From Acidobacteriota bacterium (GTDB lineage Bacteria > Acidobacteriota > UBA6911): a stretch of 64,000 nt of DNA. Of this stretch, positions 37,459 through 46,666 are shown one piece after another. The stretch spans positions 495,219 through 559,218 of the forward strand of contig CBDFLD010000023.1 in assembly GCA_965249005.1 (NCBI GenBank), in the 5' to 3' direction. Made by a program: the position numbers and the translations under genes. Position 1 is the first letter of the stretch. The number at the start of each line of letters is the position of its first letter. Below the pieces are notes generated by a model that was not told where the DNA came from, did no database searches, and worked only from the letters and a program-made list of their open reading frames with translations.

Positions 37459-38361
37459 CTAGGCGGCTTGCTTCGCTTTGGCGCTCTTGAGATGATCGGT
37501 CTTTCGTACATCCCAAACCAGCCCCAACTTCTCGAATAGGAGCAACACCATAAAGCTCACGTCCAGTTCCCACCATCGCATCCCATGACGTGCGGACCGT
37601 GGATGTGCGTGGTGGTTGTTGTGCCAACCCTCGCCGAAGCTCAACAAGGCAACCCACCAACAGTTCCGGGACAGGTCGCGAGTCGCATAGGTTTGATAGC
37701 CGTAAAGGTGAGCCGCGGAATTCACGAGCCAGGTGCAATGCCAGCCGAAGACCAGCCGCACGAAAATGCCCCAGATGACCCAGCTCCATCCACCGAGAAT
37801 CAACAGGGCAACTCCCAGTGCGACCTGGATCACGACGTACCACCGGTCCAGCCATAAAATGAACGGATCCGCGACTAGGTCCTTCGCATAACCCTTATAT
37901 CCATCATAAGTTCCAAGCTTCGGATCCCGAAAAAAGATCCAGCCCAGATGGGACCACCAAAAACCTCGACTCGCATCGTGAGGATCGCCATCCCGATCGG
38001 AGTGCATGTGGTGGACCCGATGGCCGGCTACCCACGCGATCGGGCCGCCCTGGACAGCCAATGTGCCCCAGACGGTCAGGAACTGACTGAACCAGCGGCT
38101 GGTTCCAAAACTTTGATGTGCAAGGTATCGATGAAACCCGAGCGTGATGCCCAATCCACCGGTCAGCCCCCACAAGACCGCTGCGACCGCCACGGCAGCC
38201 CAGCTGAATGTGAAAACGCCAAGGAGGGCAAGAAGATGAACTGCCAGGATGAAACCAACGTTGAAAAGATCCAACGGCCCCCGGACGTTTTGTTTTTTCT
38301 CCATACCAGTCACACTGCATCCCCTATCCATGAAGCTCGGCATCTGCCGCAAATTTAACAC
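37459..38361 (-). CDS. Membrane fatty-acid (acyl-CoA/acyl-lipid delta-9-like) desaturase.
   Basis: Three His boxes: HRYLAHQSF, HRVHHMHSD and HNNHHAHP. Confidence 0.85.
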   Translation of the reverse strand: MLNLRQMPSFMDRGCSVTGMEKKQNVRGPLDLFNVGFILAVHLLALLGVFTFSWAAVAVAAVLWGLTGGLGITLGFHRYLAHQSFGTSRWFSQFLTVWGTLAVQGGPIAWVAGHRVHHMHSDRDGDPHDASRGFWWSHLGWIFFRDPKLGTYDGYKGYAKDLVADPFILWLDRWYVVIQVALGVALLILGGWSWVIWGIFVRLVFGWHCTWLVNSAAHLYGYQTYATRDLSRNCWWVALLSFGEGWHNNHHAHPRSARHGMRWWELDVSFMVLLLFEKLGLVWDVRKTDHLKSAKAKQAA

Positions 38362-38532
38362 TGAATAGCATTATCGCAATCGTTGGTGGGTTCACAATGT
38401 AAATGGTAAGTAAAACCTGCGCTCCATTGAGGGGGGCTGATCCGGCAAGTGCAAGTAGCGAAAGAACATCCGAGACGCTACGCTGGGCCGTCTGGGATCA
38501 TATCGGGGCACGGGTCAACGTGGGGGGGGCTG

Positions 38533-39330
38533 CTAGAAGTACTCGGGGTGTTTCTGCTTGAGCCGAGATATGTTTCGCTTTCTGATGTCCCTTTTTTCAT
38601 GAACGTCGAAGACGGAATCGTGGGTCTTGCTCGAGTGATGGATAACGTACGTATCGAGAGACAGTCCCAGAACGTAGCCGGCCTTGCGTATGCGTCTGCA
38701 ATAGTCGTCGTCGTCTCCACCCCCAACAAAAGACTCGTCGAGGGGACCAAGCTCTTCCACGACCCGGCGCTTGAAGGCCGTGCAGAAAAAGGCAAGCATC
38801 CCCTCCACGAGAATGCCCGCTCGGTTGAAATGATACTTCAGGATTCGATTCCGCTCGTGAATGTCCTCCGTGCCGAAGAACGGAATCTGTGGAACCATCG
38901 CCTCCCTCACCCGATCCACGCATTGCCAGTCGCGGGCGTTCGAGTTCAGGGGACCCACCGCTCCAATGCGCGGGTGAGTCTGGAGGAAGGCAACAAGATT
39001 TCCCAGCCATCCATTTGAAACCTCGACGTCGTTGTTCATGAAAATGATGAAGGGGTTCCGGCTAAGCCCGATGCCTTGGTTGATGGCGCGGCACCAGCCC
39101 AGGTTCTCACGGTTTCGCAGGATGGTAATGTTTCGAGTGAAGACCTTGCCGAGATCGACCGTTTCATCCGACGAACCGTTGTCGACAATGATGAGATGGA
39201 AGTCAATATCCGTGTATTGGTAAATGCTTTCCAACAGCGCGCGGGTATAGGGATACTGATTGTAGACGGGGACAATGATGTCGGCTCCCCATCCGGACGA
39301 ATCGCTCAAACGATTTTCTTTTCCCGTCAT
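38533..39330 (-). CDS. Glycosyltransferase family 2.
   Basis: IIVPVYNQYPYTRALLESI…LIIVDNGSSDETVD…MNNDVEV (DxD). Confidence 0.8.
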   Translation of the reverse strand: MTGKENRLSDSSGWGADIIVPVYNQYPYTRALLESIYQYTDIDFHLIIVDNGSSDETVDLGKVFTRNITILRNRENLGWCRAINQGIGLSRNPFIIFMNNDVEVSNGWLGNLVAFLQTHPRIGAVGPLNSNARDWQCVDRVREAMVPQIPFFGTEDIHERNRILKYHFNRAGILVEGMLAFFCTAFKRRVVEELGPLDESFVGGGDDDDYCRRIRKAGYVLGLSLDTYVIHHSSKTHDSVFDVHEKRDIRKRNISRLKQKHPEYF

Positions 39331-39704
39331 AAAACTGTAGCACTTGGGCCCGTTGCTCCCTGCATATAGATTCTGCCAGGGTCACTCGCGGTGCCGAACG
39401 TGCGCTCTACCGACTCCATTCCAGCCGGTAACACCCTCCCGGGCGAAAAAGACCGGTTATTACGAACAGGGGCACTCATTCCCATATCGACTAAAACGGT
39501 CGGGTCCGACAGGTTTGGGTACCGCCCGGAGTTCTCCGACCAGACTGGAGCTACCGGGACAATGGTCGGCATTGCCGGAGCCGCCAGCATCGGGTGGTCG
39601 AGTTCGCGCGGACCTGAACGGGAATGCGGCAATGCTTCAACCGCAAGCGATCCAGCAATTCAGGTAGAGCGCCTATTTCTCTTAGACTATTCCGGGCAGG
39701 CTAC

Positions 39705-40094
39705 TTAGATGGTCTGCAAAGTGGATTCCAATTTGGTCGATTCACTGGATCGACGGAACTCCCGCAGCGCGTCTCTCAATCTATGCTCACTCGATTCGAG
39801 GATCTGCCGCACTTCGATGGTTACGATACCGTTGGCTTGCGAGATTTCCTGGACGGACTTCCCTTCGTAGTGAGTTTGAATAAAAACGCGACGGTGTAGC
39901 TCCGGCCACGACTGCAGCGCGCTGGTAATCGCCTTCAACAATAGGGTCCGACTCGATTGTGGCTCGGACGACATAAAGAACTCCTGAAGAACAGCTGTGA
40001 GTAAACCACTGCCTCTAGATACTGTGTTAGACATCCATTGGTTCAAAAAAGTTTCTCTTAAGGAATCGGTTGGGGACTCCGATCTGTTAGTCAT
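39705..40094 (-). CDS. Small (130 aa) sigma-70 region-4-containing protein; a truncated or minimal ECF-sigma-like protein. ATG 40094 with RBS AAGGAA.
   Basis: C-terminal LHRRVFIQTHYEGKSVQEISQANGIVTIEVRQILESSEHRLRDAL is sigma70_r4_2-like. LRETFLNQW is a remnant of region 2.2, but region 2.1 and 2.3/2.4 signatures are missing. The longer track ORF (to 40379) overlaps the divergent zf-HC2 gene. Confidence 0.5.
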   Translation of the reverse strand: MTNRSESPTDSLRETFLNQWMSNTVSRGSGLLTAVLQEFFMSSEPQSSRTLLLKAITSALQSWPELHRRVFIQTHYEGKSVQEISQANGIVTIEVRQILESSEHRLRDALREFRRSSESTKLESTLQTI

Positions 40095-40117
40095 AGATTC
40101 CTTGGAGGAGTTCCGAA

Positions 40118-40306
40118 ATGCGATGTGACTTCGACAAGCTGGTACTTTACCTAGACAAACAGCTCGAGTTGGATGACCAGCTGGAGGTGCTGCAGCACCT
40201 GGAGCGGTGTGAAAATTGCAAAACCGCCATCTACCAGATTTCCAGGGACCGAGATGCGAACCTGTTCGTTTCCCGTCCTTTTCGAATGAAGCGGGTCCCG
40301 GTTTAG
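40118..40306 (+). CDS. 62-aa zf-HC2 (anti-sigma-factor N-terminal zinc-finger) mini-protein.
   Basis: MRCDFDKLVLYLDKQLELDDQLEVLQHLERCENC is the C…H-x3-C-x2-C anti-sigma motif. Strong RBS GGAGGAG 7 nt upstream. Confidence 0.5.
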   Translation: MRCDFDKLVLYLDKQLELDDQLEVLQHLERCENCKTAIYQISRDRDANLFVSRPFRMKRVPV

Positions 40307-40362
40307 GGTTCGCGCAGCAGGCGGAAGTGTCACCCAATCGTTGAGCAAGCCGGGGGGGCCAG

Positions 40363-41292
40363 TCACGAACTGGGCGCATAATAGCCCTTCCGAGCCCGGA
40401 TTTTCACACCCTTACGTTTGCATTGAAGCTTGATCGACCGAAAAGAGCCATCCCGCTTTTTGTTGTTCGAAACGTACGCGACGCTATATTGACCCTTAAG
40501 ATCGTCATTGATGGCTTGAAACGCCGCTTGGATTTCTGAAAAACGGGATCGGGGCGAGAAGAACCGTCCTCCGGTTTCTTGGGCAAAATTCTTCAACACC
40601 CCAAAGTTAGCCCCATATCCCCCTCGAACGCCGATTCCGTATATGAGAACGTCGTTTTTCTGGGCCGTCTCGACCGCGAACTTCTTGTCGATCTTGCTGG
40701 CAGTGTCCTCTCCATCGGTAATCGCAATAACGACCTTTCGGCCGGTTTCATGGCGCAGCTTTTCCTCGACCGCGAGAAAAACGGCGTCATAAAGACTGGT
40801 GCTGTTGCCGGCCCTGAGGGAGTCCAGGGCACCCAAGAGACGCGCCTGGTCGTCGGTAAAGTCCTGAACCAAATTCACCTCCGAATCGAACTGAATGATG
40901 AGGGCCAGGTCTTTGTTCTTTCGGAGCACTTTGCTAAAGAACTCACTCGCCGTGCGTTTTTCGTATTCCAGCTTGTCCTTGACGCTACCACTGGTATCGA
41001 TCAGCAACGCAATTGTGAGCGGGATCTCCGCCGCTTCGCTCAAGTCGCTGAAGTAAAGAATCTCCTGAGGTGTGCGGTCCTCGTAGATTTGAAAATCGTG
41101 CTTCTGGAGATCCGAAACGATGTGCTTCTTGCGATCCACGGCAGAAAACACGATATTGACCAGCGCAACCTCCGACCGGATGGTTGCTTGTGGTTGCTGT
41201 GGCGCTCGAGAAGGCTCAGCCGGTCGAGTCCAGACCACCAAGAGGAATAAAGCGAAACTGGCCATCGAGATTATGTGGATGCGGGACCGCAT
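40363..41292 (-). CDS. Secreted von Willebrand factor A domain protein. Start at ATG 41292.
   Basis: Signal peptide MASFALFLLVVW. The MIDAS motif (DTSGS) is present. Confidence 0.75.
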   Translation of the reverse strand: MRSRIHIISMASFALFLLVVWTRPAEPSRAPQQPQATIRSEVALVNIVFSAVDRKKHIVSDLQKHDFQIYEDRTPQEILYFSDLSEAAEIPLTIALLIDTSGSVKDKLEYEKRTASEFFSKVLRKNKDLALIIQFDSEVNLVQDFTDDQARLLGALDSLRAGNSTSLYDAVFLAVEEKLRHETGRKVVIAITDGEDTASKIDKKFAVETAQKNDVLIYGIGVRGGYGANFGVLKNFAQETGGRFFSPRSRFSEIQAAFQAINDDLKGQYSVAYVSNNKKRDGSFRSIKLQCKRKGVKIRARKGYYAPSS

Positions 41293-41308
41293 GTTGTTCC
41301 GAGGCAAA

Positions 41309-42139
41309 TTAGCTCTTGCCAGAAGGGTTGGGTTTCTTCGCAAGAGCAACACGAAGGGTAATATCGACCGTGCTGCTCTCGTCGTTGATGTCGATGATCA
41401 CATCGCGATGCGTGATGGGTTGGTAAACGCGCATCCGATTCAATAACTGCACCGTGATCCCCAACATTTGAGGATCGTAGACGAGGCCTTCCCCAATCAG
41501 CAGCAGCTTTCGAAACGCCTGGCGATCAATAGACTCATCTCCTTCAATCGCGATTCGCCCCACTCGATACGCCCTACCCTCGTCGCAAATCAAAACCAGA
41601 TGAACCAGGTGTCGTAAGTCATTTATTTTCTCTTGGATACGACTGGAAAAGCGAAGATAGCCCATGGACTGATAGCTCTCGGTGATCTTGGCTCGCCAGT
41701 CCCCGACCTTCTTTCGGCTGTAGGGCGCTCCCGTTGTGATCGGAGAAATACGCAGGAGCGATTCAGCACTCAACACCTGTGTGTTTTGGACTTCCAGACT
41801 TCCCAATTGGTATGGACGCCCCTCTCGAATGGGAAGATAAATGGTCACTCGGCGTCCCGCTGCGGTTTCCTCGAGAGCCTCTACCCTGGGCGGGCCGACC
41901 TTTACCCGAAGGAATCCTTCCTCATGGTAGAAGCGCTCCAGAGAAGCCATTTCAACCTTGAAAACTCCCGGGTTGTAGTGCTTACCCGGCTTGGACAGGC
42001 GCAGCAGGTTCAGGAGCACGCCCGAATCGACGGTTTCGTTCCCCTCGATGACGACGGAAGCTATGATCCGGGGAGGATCGACTGCCAGCCCAGGAGGTGC
42101 CAGTACAATGCAAAGTATTGCAAACACTGAAAGTTTCAC
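41309..42139 (-). CDS. POTRA-repeat protein with no beta-barrel (BamA N-terminal-like). Probable GTG start at 42139, since upstream it would overlap rnhA.
   Basis: Signal peptide VKLSVFAILCIVLAPPGLA. Repeated about 75-aa units, each with a beta-alpha-alpha-beta-beta POTRA-like pattern (…VEGNETVDSGVLLNLLRLSKPGKHYNPGVFKVEMASLERFYHEEGFLRVKV…). Confidence 0.45.
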   Translation of the reverse strand: MKLSVFAILCIVLAPPGLAVDPPRIIASVVIEGNETVDSGVLLNLLRLSKPGKHYNPGVFKVEMASLERFYHEEGFLRVKVGPPRVEALEETAAGRRVTIYLPIREGRPYQLGSLEVQNTQVLSAESLLRISPITTGAPYSRKKVGDWRAKITESYQSMGYLRFSSRIQEKINDLRHLVHLVLICDEGRAYRVGRIAIEGDESIDRQAFRKLLLIGEGLVYDPQMLGITVQLLNRMRVYQPITHRDVIIDINDESSTVDITLRVALAKKPNPSGKS

Positions 42140-42170
42140 ATAAACAGAGTAGCAAATCCGTACCCACGCC

Positions 42171-42620
42171 TCAAGTTTGGTACGGCTCTTCTCCGCTCGC
42201 TTGGCGATCCATGGCGATGTTGGCGAGCATGTCCGCTTGTTGATTCTCTCCGCGTGGAACATGTTCAATATGAAACTCCTCGAAGCCCCGGATGAGCTGT
42301 GTCGCCTGTGCATGCAGCGATCGGAGCGAGGGATTCTTGACCCGATACACACCGCGAAGCTGCTGGACCATCAAAAGGGAATCCGAAAAGACCCGAACTC
42401 TACGGAACCCTTCCTTGTAGCCGAGTTCCAGCGCTTTCAACAGGGCCGAGTATTCCGCGTAGTTGTTCGTTTGCCGCCCAAGAAACTCGTAGAAGCCCCG
42501 CCACGGCGCCCCGTCGATCTCGAAGTGTACTCCGGCCCCTGCCGGGCCCGGGTTTCCCCTGGCCCCGCCGTCGACATAGGCAACTAAGGTCTTATCGGAG
42601 GCGTCCTTCGATTGCACCAT
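42171..42620 (-). CDS. rnhA: Ribonuclease HI.
   Basis: AYVDGGARGNPGPAGAG…EYSALLKALE…DSLLMVQQL…N-x2-AD (DEDD catalytic residues). Confidence 0.85.
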   Translation of the reverse strand: MVQSKDASDKTLVAYVDGGARGNPGPAGAGVHFEIDGAPWRGFYEFLGRQTNNYAEYSALLKALELGYKEGFRRVRVFSDSLLMVQQLRGVYRVKNPSLRSLHAQATQLIRGFEEFHIEHVPRGENQQADMLANIAMDRQASGEEPYQT

Positions 42621-42649
42621 ACCCGTTCCGGGCGTGTCTCTCTAGATGA

Positions 42650-43408
42650 TCATGAAGCGTCGCGTAGGAAAAGAATCCGGTCGCAGCTGTCACAGGAAAA
42701 GATGGTGTCGGTCCTTAGCAGTTCCGCATAGACCTGGGGACGAACACGCACATGGCACGCCGAGCAAAGCTCACCGATCGCCTCGGCAAGGGCCACGCCC
42801 TTCCGGTTGTCCCTGAGCAGCCGGTAGCGATCGAGTAGCTCGATGGAAATGTCTGCTTCCACTATCCCCTTATCTTCCATGAGCTTTCCGACCTCCAGTT
42901 CCAGGACGGGAATCGACTCCTGGAGCTTGCGAATGTGCTCCTCGAGCTCATGAGCATGGGAGTTCAATTCTTCCTGGGAAGCTGCGATTTTCACCTCCAT
43001 TGTCTCGCTCTCCTCCATGAGCTCCAGGATCTTGTCTTCCTCCATCCGGATATGATCCTCCGCACCCTGGATCTCGCGTAGCATTGCCGCGTATTCCTTG
43101 TTGGTCTTCACGATCATCAATTGTTCTCTTAAGCGGGACAGCTTGGTGCGCAAAAGCTCGACATCTCCTTCTGCGACTCGGCGGTCTCGGCCAAGCTCTT
43201 GCAGTCTACTTCCCAAGCTCTCATGGGCCTCTTGGAGACCTTGAAGCTTGTCCTTGAGGTTCTGGGATTTCGTGGGGATTTCTTGAATTTGATTCTTGAG
43301 CTTTGTGATCTTCTGATCGAGATCCTGGAGCGCGATCAAGTTTTGAAGATCGGGATTCACCTGGTCGCGCCCTCCCATTGTCCCGGGCCTGGCACGATCA
43401 TGGGGCAA
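42650..43408 (-). CDS. Coiled-coil protein with a C-terminal C4 zinc ribbon (COG1579-like).
   Basis: Long heptad region, then C-x2-C-x17-C-x2-C (CSACH…CDSC). Confidence 0.6.
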   Translation of the reverse strand: MPHDRARPGTMGGRDQVNPDLQNLIALQDLDQKITKLKNQIQEIPTKSQNLKDKLQGLQEAHESLGSRLQELGRDRRVAEGDVELLRTKLSRLREQLMIVKTNKEYAAMLREIQGAEDHIRMEEDKILELMEESETMEVKIAASQEELNSHAHELEEHIRKLQESIPVLELEVGKLMEDKGIVEADISIELLDRYRLLRDNRKGVALAEAIGELCSACHVRVRPQVYAELLRTDTIFSCDSCDRILFLRDAS

Positions 43409-43643
43409 GTCCGCTTCGGTTTTCTTGTCGGTGGACGCATAAGAATCCCAGTCTTGGTTCGGAGTAGTGCGATACTATAGCGAACTGGCCTGCGGCTGTC
43501 AACGAGGCCACGGAGTCGAGTCGGTGACTGGTGAAGGCAAGGAGCGCACGCCCACTCCGATGCCAAGGACTTTCTCTAACCGACGGAGGGTTCGCCACCC
43601 GTCAATGCTCGCCGCCACTTTCGAACGGGAGAGCAGAGCCGCC

Positions 43644-44093
43644 ATGCGAGCCGTGATTCAAAGGGTCCACAACGCTTCGGTCACCATCGATGAACGGAGG
43701 GTTTCCGAAATCGGAAGGGGACTCGTCGTCTTCGCCGGCATCGCCCAGGGCGATGCCGACCAGGACCTCCAATGGATGGTTCGCAAGATCGTCGAACTGC
43801 GAGTCTTCAACGACGATGAGGGGAAGATGAATCGAAGCCTCCAGGAGACAGGTGCGGATCTGTTACTCGTGTCTCAGTTCACTCTTCTTGGAGATTGCCG
43901 CAAAGGGCGCCGGCCCTCCTATTCTGAGGCAGCTCCGCCGGATCAAGCCAACCGATTGTTTCGCCAGTTTGTGGAGCAAGCGCGTGGGGTTGTCCCGGCC
44001 GTGCAAACCGGGCGGTTTCAGGCAATGATGCAAGTGCATCTCACGAACGACGGTCCGGTGACGTTGATTCTCGATAGCAAAAACGGCCGATAG
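43644..44093 (+). CDS. dtd: D-aminoacyl-tRNA deacylase. ATG 43644; the track ORF extends to 43467.
   Basis: MRAVIQRVHNASVTIDERRVSEIGRGLVVFAGI…SQFTL… is the canonical Dtd sequence. Confidence 0.85.
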   Translation: MRAVIQRVHNASVTIDERRVSEIGRGLVVFAGIAQGDADQDLQWMVRKIVELRVFNDDEGKMNRSLQETGADLLLVSQFTLLGDCRKGRRPSYSEAAPPDQANRLFRQFVEQARGVVPAVQTGRFQAMMQVHLTNDGPVTLILDSKNGR

Positions 44094-44113
44094 CAGAGAT
44101 CGAGTCCATCGGG

Positions 44114-44464
44114 TCAGTAGAAGTAGGCCTGGGCCGCATGCTGGACCACTTTGTAACTCGGCCGAAGCCCCAGCACGATCTGGGGCAGTACCGTGGAGTC
44201 ATCCTCACGGTGGTAGGTACAGAGGCTCATTCTTGGAGCGAATCGATCCAGAGTCCTCGCGGCCCCTTCAAGGGCGAAGCGTTCGGATCCCTCGATGTCC
44301 ATTTTGATGAAATCCTCCGAGTCGAGCGCCAACCGCTCTATAGTGTCATCGATCGTGACCGCCTCGACCTCCACCTCCCCGCGGGCCGTTATCTTACCCA
44401 TGCCGGAATTATCCGAAGCCTGAAGCTCAAATCGCAACTTTCCTAGACGTGGCTGCGGCTTCAA
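44114..44464 (-). pseudogene. FkbM-family methyltransferase, C-terminal fragment only (116 aa); probable gene remnant.
   Basis: FIKMDIEGSERFALEGAARTL matches the FkbM C-terminal motif. The N-terminal SAM-binding half is absent. Confidence 0.4.
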
Positions 44465-44774
44465 TCAACACCAATCTAAGGAAACATTTTGCTTCTTTTC
44501 GGTGCGCGGCGGGGAGGGCTGTAGCAAAATCAGTCCTCAAGGATATCACTCCGGCGCTGGCCGCGGGATGGAATGCCCGCTATATTCGGCACCCGAACTC
44601 ATGGAGCTTGCAACACGATTGAGACAAACCATCATCCATGCTTCACCCGCTGCAGCACCGCGGAGCTACGCGGCAATTTTCGGCCACAAATCTTGCCCAG
44701 CATCCCACCCTGGCTCACTGGATACTCGATCCGTGCTTGACCGTGGTGAAGCGTGTTCCGTAACATCAATTGTG

Positions 44775-45368
44775 ATGAGCAAGAATAGAGGACCTGTGCA
44801 CCTGTTTTTTTTCTCTTGCGTTGCGTTGTTGAGCGGAATGGTAATCTTCTACTTTTACCTGACTCCGAGTGTTGTCATCCAACCACCGGCACCTCGCGAC
44901 TTACCGGAGGGCCATCCGGAACTCCCAGGCGATCATCCGCCGATGGAACTCGCCAAGGAACTGATGGCCCTCGAGAGGTTGAGCGAGCAGGAGCCAGAGA
45001 ATCCAGAGCACAAGATTCGGATCGGGAACCTCTACTTCGACATGCGCCAATACCAGCGAGCCATTCAGGCCTATCAGCAAGCCATGGCGCTGAGTCCGGA
45101 AAACCCGAGTGTCGAGACCGATATGGCCACGTGCTTCCATTATCTCGGCCAGTACGACGAAGCTCTGACGATCCTCGCCAAGGTCCTGGAATATCGTCCT
45201 GGTTTCCCACAGGCGCTTTTCAACAAAGGAGTTGTCCTTTACGAGGGCAGGTCGGACAAAGCCGGAGCGATCGCGGTCTGGGAGGAACTGCTCCGGACGA
45301 ACCCCGATTTCGTCAATCGTGAAGCACTGCAGCGAAGGATCCGGGAGCTGAAGTCCGCAGGGGCTTGA
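44775..45368 (+). CDS. Membrane-anchored TPR-repeat protein. Start at ATG 44775.
   Basis: Transmembrane helix LFFFSCVALLSGMVIFYFYL followed by 3-4 TPR repeats. Confidence 0.6.
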   Translation: MSKNRGPVHLFFFSCVALLSGMVIFYFYLTPSVVIQPPAPRDLPEGHPELPGDHPPMELAKELMALERLSEQEPENPEHKIRIGNLYFDMRQYQRAIQAYQQAMALSPENPSVETDMATCFHYLGQYDEALTILAKVLEYRPGFPQALFNKGVVLYEGRSDKAGAIAVWEELLRTNPDFVNREALQRRIRELKSAGA

Positions 45369-45724
45369 CAGACCTTCTCTCGATAAACGCGGTCCTATCT
45401 ACCGCGGTCGTATCACCGCGGTTGCTTCTACGAAGGATCGTACTTAGTGCCCACCTGGGATCGGTGATGTGGACTTTGATACTGCGTTTCTTGCTGGTAC
45501 TGGCCGGTATCTTGCTCTTGAGGCGAGTGCTCGAGGCTGTCAAGGGACTGTCTCGGGGCCGAAAGCGCCCCACCGACCCCCCCCCCAGCTCCAGGACCGT
45601 GAAGGATCCCGTTTGTGGGATGTATATGGACCCCAGATTGGCTTTCCAGACTGTTCATCAGGGCAAGACCTACTACTTCTGTTCCGAAACATGCCGCAAG
45701 GAGTTCAACCGGACCCACGCTTGA
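45365..45724 (+). CDS. YHS (TRASH) domain membrane protein. TTGA overlap with the upstream TPR gene; alternative start ATG 45467.
   Basis: C-terminal DPVCGMYMDP…GKTYYFCSETCRKEF YHS metal-binding domain. Hydrophobic N-terminus. Confidence 0.55.
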   Translation: MTDLLSINAVLSTAVVSPRLLLRRIVLSAHLGSVMWTLILRFLLVLAGILLLRRVLEAVKGLSRGRKRPTDPPPSSRTVKDPVCGMYMDPRLAFQTVHQGKTYYFCSETCRKEFNRTHA

Positions 45725-45883
45725 GGGCGCGCGTCTGTCTCCTTTCCGCTGTCCTAAAAGACTGGTTGGGCCCAGCTCCCCCGGCTCCCTTTGAGGACGG
45801 GACCGAAGGGCATTCCAACGCGCTTTTCTTCTTTCATCACTGACACGGATCCACATATCACATATAATATTTCCCCCGCATTG

Positions 45884-46639
45884 ATGGGGCTCATGAGGTC
45901 GTACTCGGGAATGGTTGCAAGAAAGAAGCCCAGGATAAAGAAAGAGACCCGCTATTCTGAAGAGCTGATACAAGAATGCCTCGAGGTCCTCGAGTCCGGC
46001 GACGTAGAAGAGCTTTTCGAGGTCATTCCTCATCTCGGTGTCGTCCGAGACTCTCGGTTCAATAAGTATCTCGTGGATTTCCTGGGTCACGAGAACACGA
46101 GAGTTCGCCAATTCGCCGCCGAAGCGATGGGTGCCGTCGGACAACCCATTTTTCTAAAATACCTCAAAAAGGTCTTCCTCGAGGCTGGCAACAAGAAAGG
46201 CTTCGGCGCGGATACGTTCCTGGGGGCAGTCCTTCAAGCCATCGGTGACATCGGTGATGACACGGCGGTGGAGTTTCTCGTGCCGTCGCTTGAAAACTCA
46301 CGAGAGCAAGGCAGAGAGTCCTTCAAGGTTCGAAAATGGGTCCTGGAATCCTTGGGCACGATCGCACAGCAGGGCGGGGAAAAGTGCCTCGGCGCTCTAC
46401 TCGATCTCGCCCAACACGTCGACCCCGTCGTCCGCGCACAGGCCATTACCGAGATTTCCGGGGCTTACTGGCACCGACCGAACGAGATCCCGGAGCAAGC
46501 GCTACAAAAACTCCAAGAACTGACGCAGGAGCACAACGAGTCCGTGGCCGACTCCGCCCTGGCGGCGCTGCAGGAGCTCGCCGACGTTGGCTGCCGCGGC
46601 GCCGAGAGTTTCCTTAGCCCTCGCCTCCCGTCGAGATGA
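45884..46639 (+). CDS. HEAT/PBS-lyase repeat protein. Start uncertain (ATG 45884, 45893 or 45911).
   Basis: Repeated …NTRVRQFAAEAMGAVG… / …DPVVRAQAITEI… HEAT-like units. Upstream TATAAT-like sequence at about 45866. Confidence 0.5.
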   Translation: MGLMRSYSGMVARKKPRIKKETRYSEELIQECLEVLESGDVEELFEVIPHLGVVRDSRFNKYLVDFLGHENTRVRQFAAEAMGAVGQPIFLKYLKKVFLEAGNKKGFGADTFLGAVLQAIGDIGDDTAVEFLVPSLENSREQGRESFKVRKWVLESLGTIAQQGGEKCLGALLDLAQHVDPVVRAQAITEISGAYWHRPNEIPEQALQKLQELTQEHNESVADSALAALQELADVGCRGAESFLSPRLPSR

Positions 46640-46666
46640 CCATCGCTTCCAGTCGTACCCTCAGCC

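Noticed and set aside
45428-46144. 238-aa minus-strand ORF
   Set aside because: Antisense to the YHS and HEAT-repeat genes. Low-complexity and no motif.
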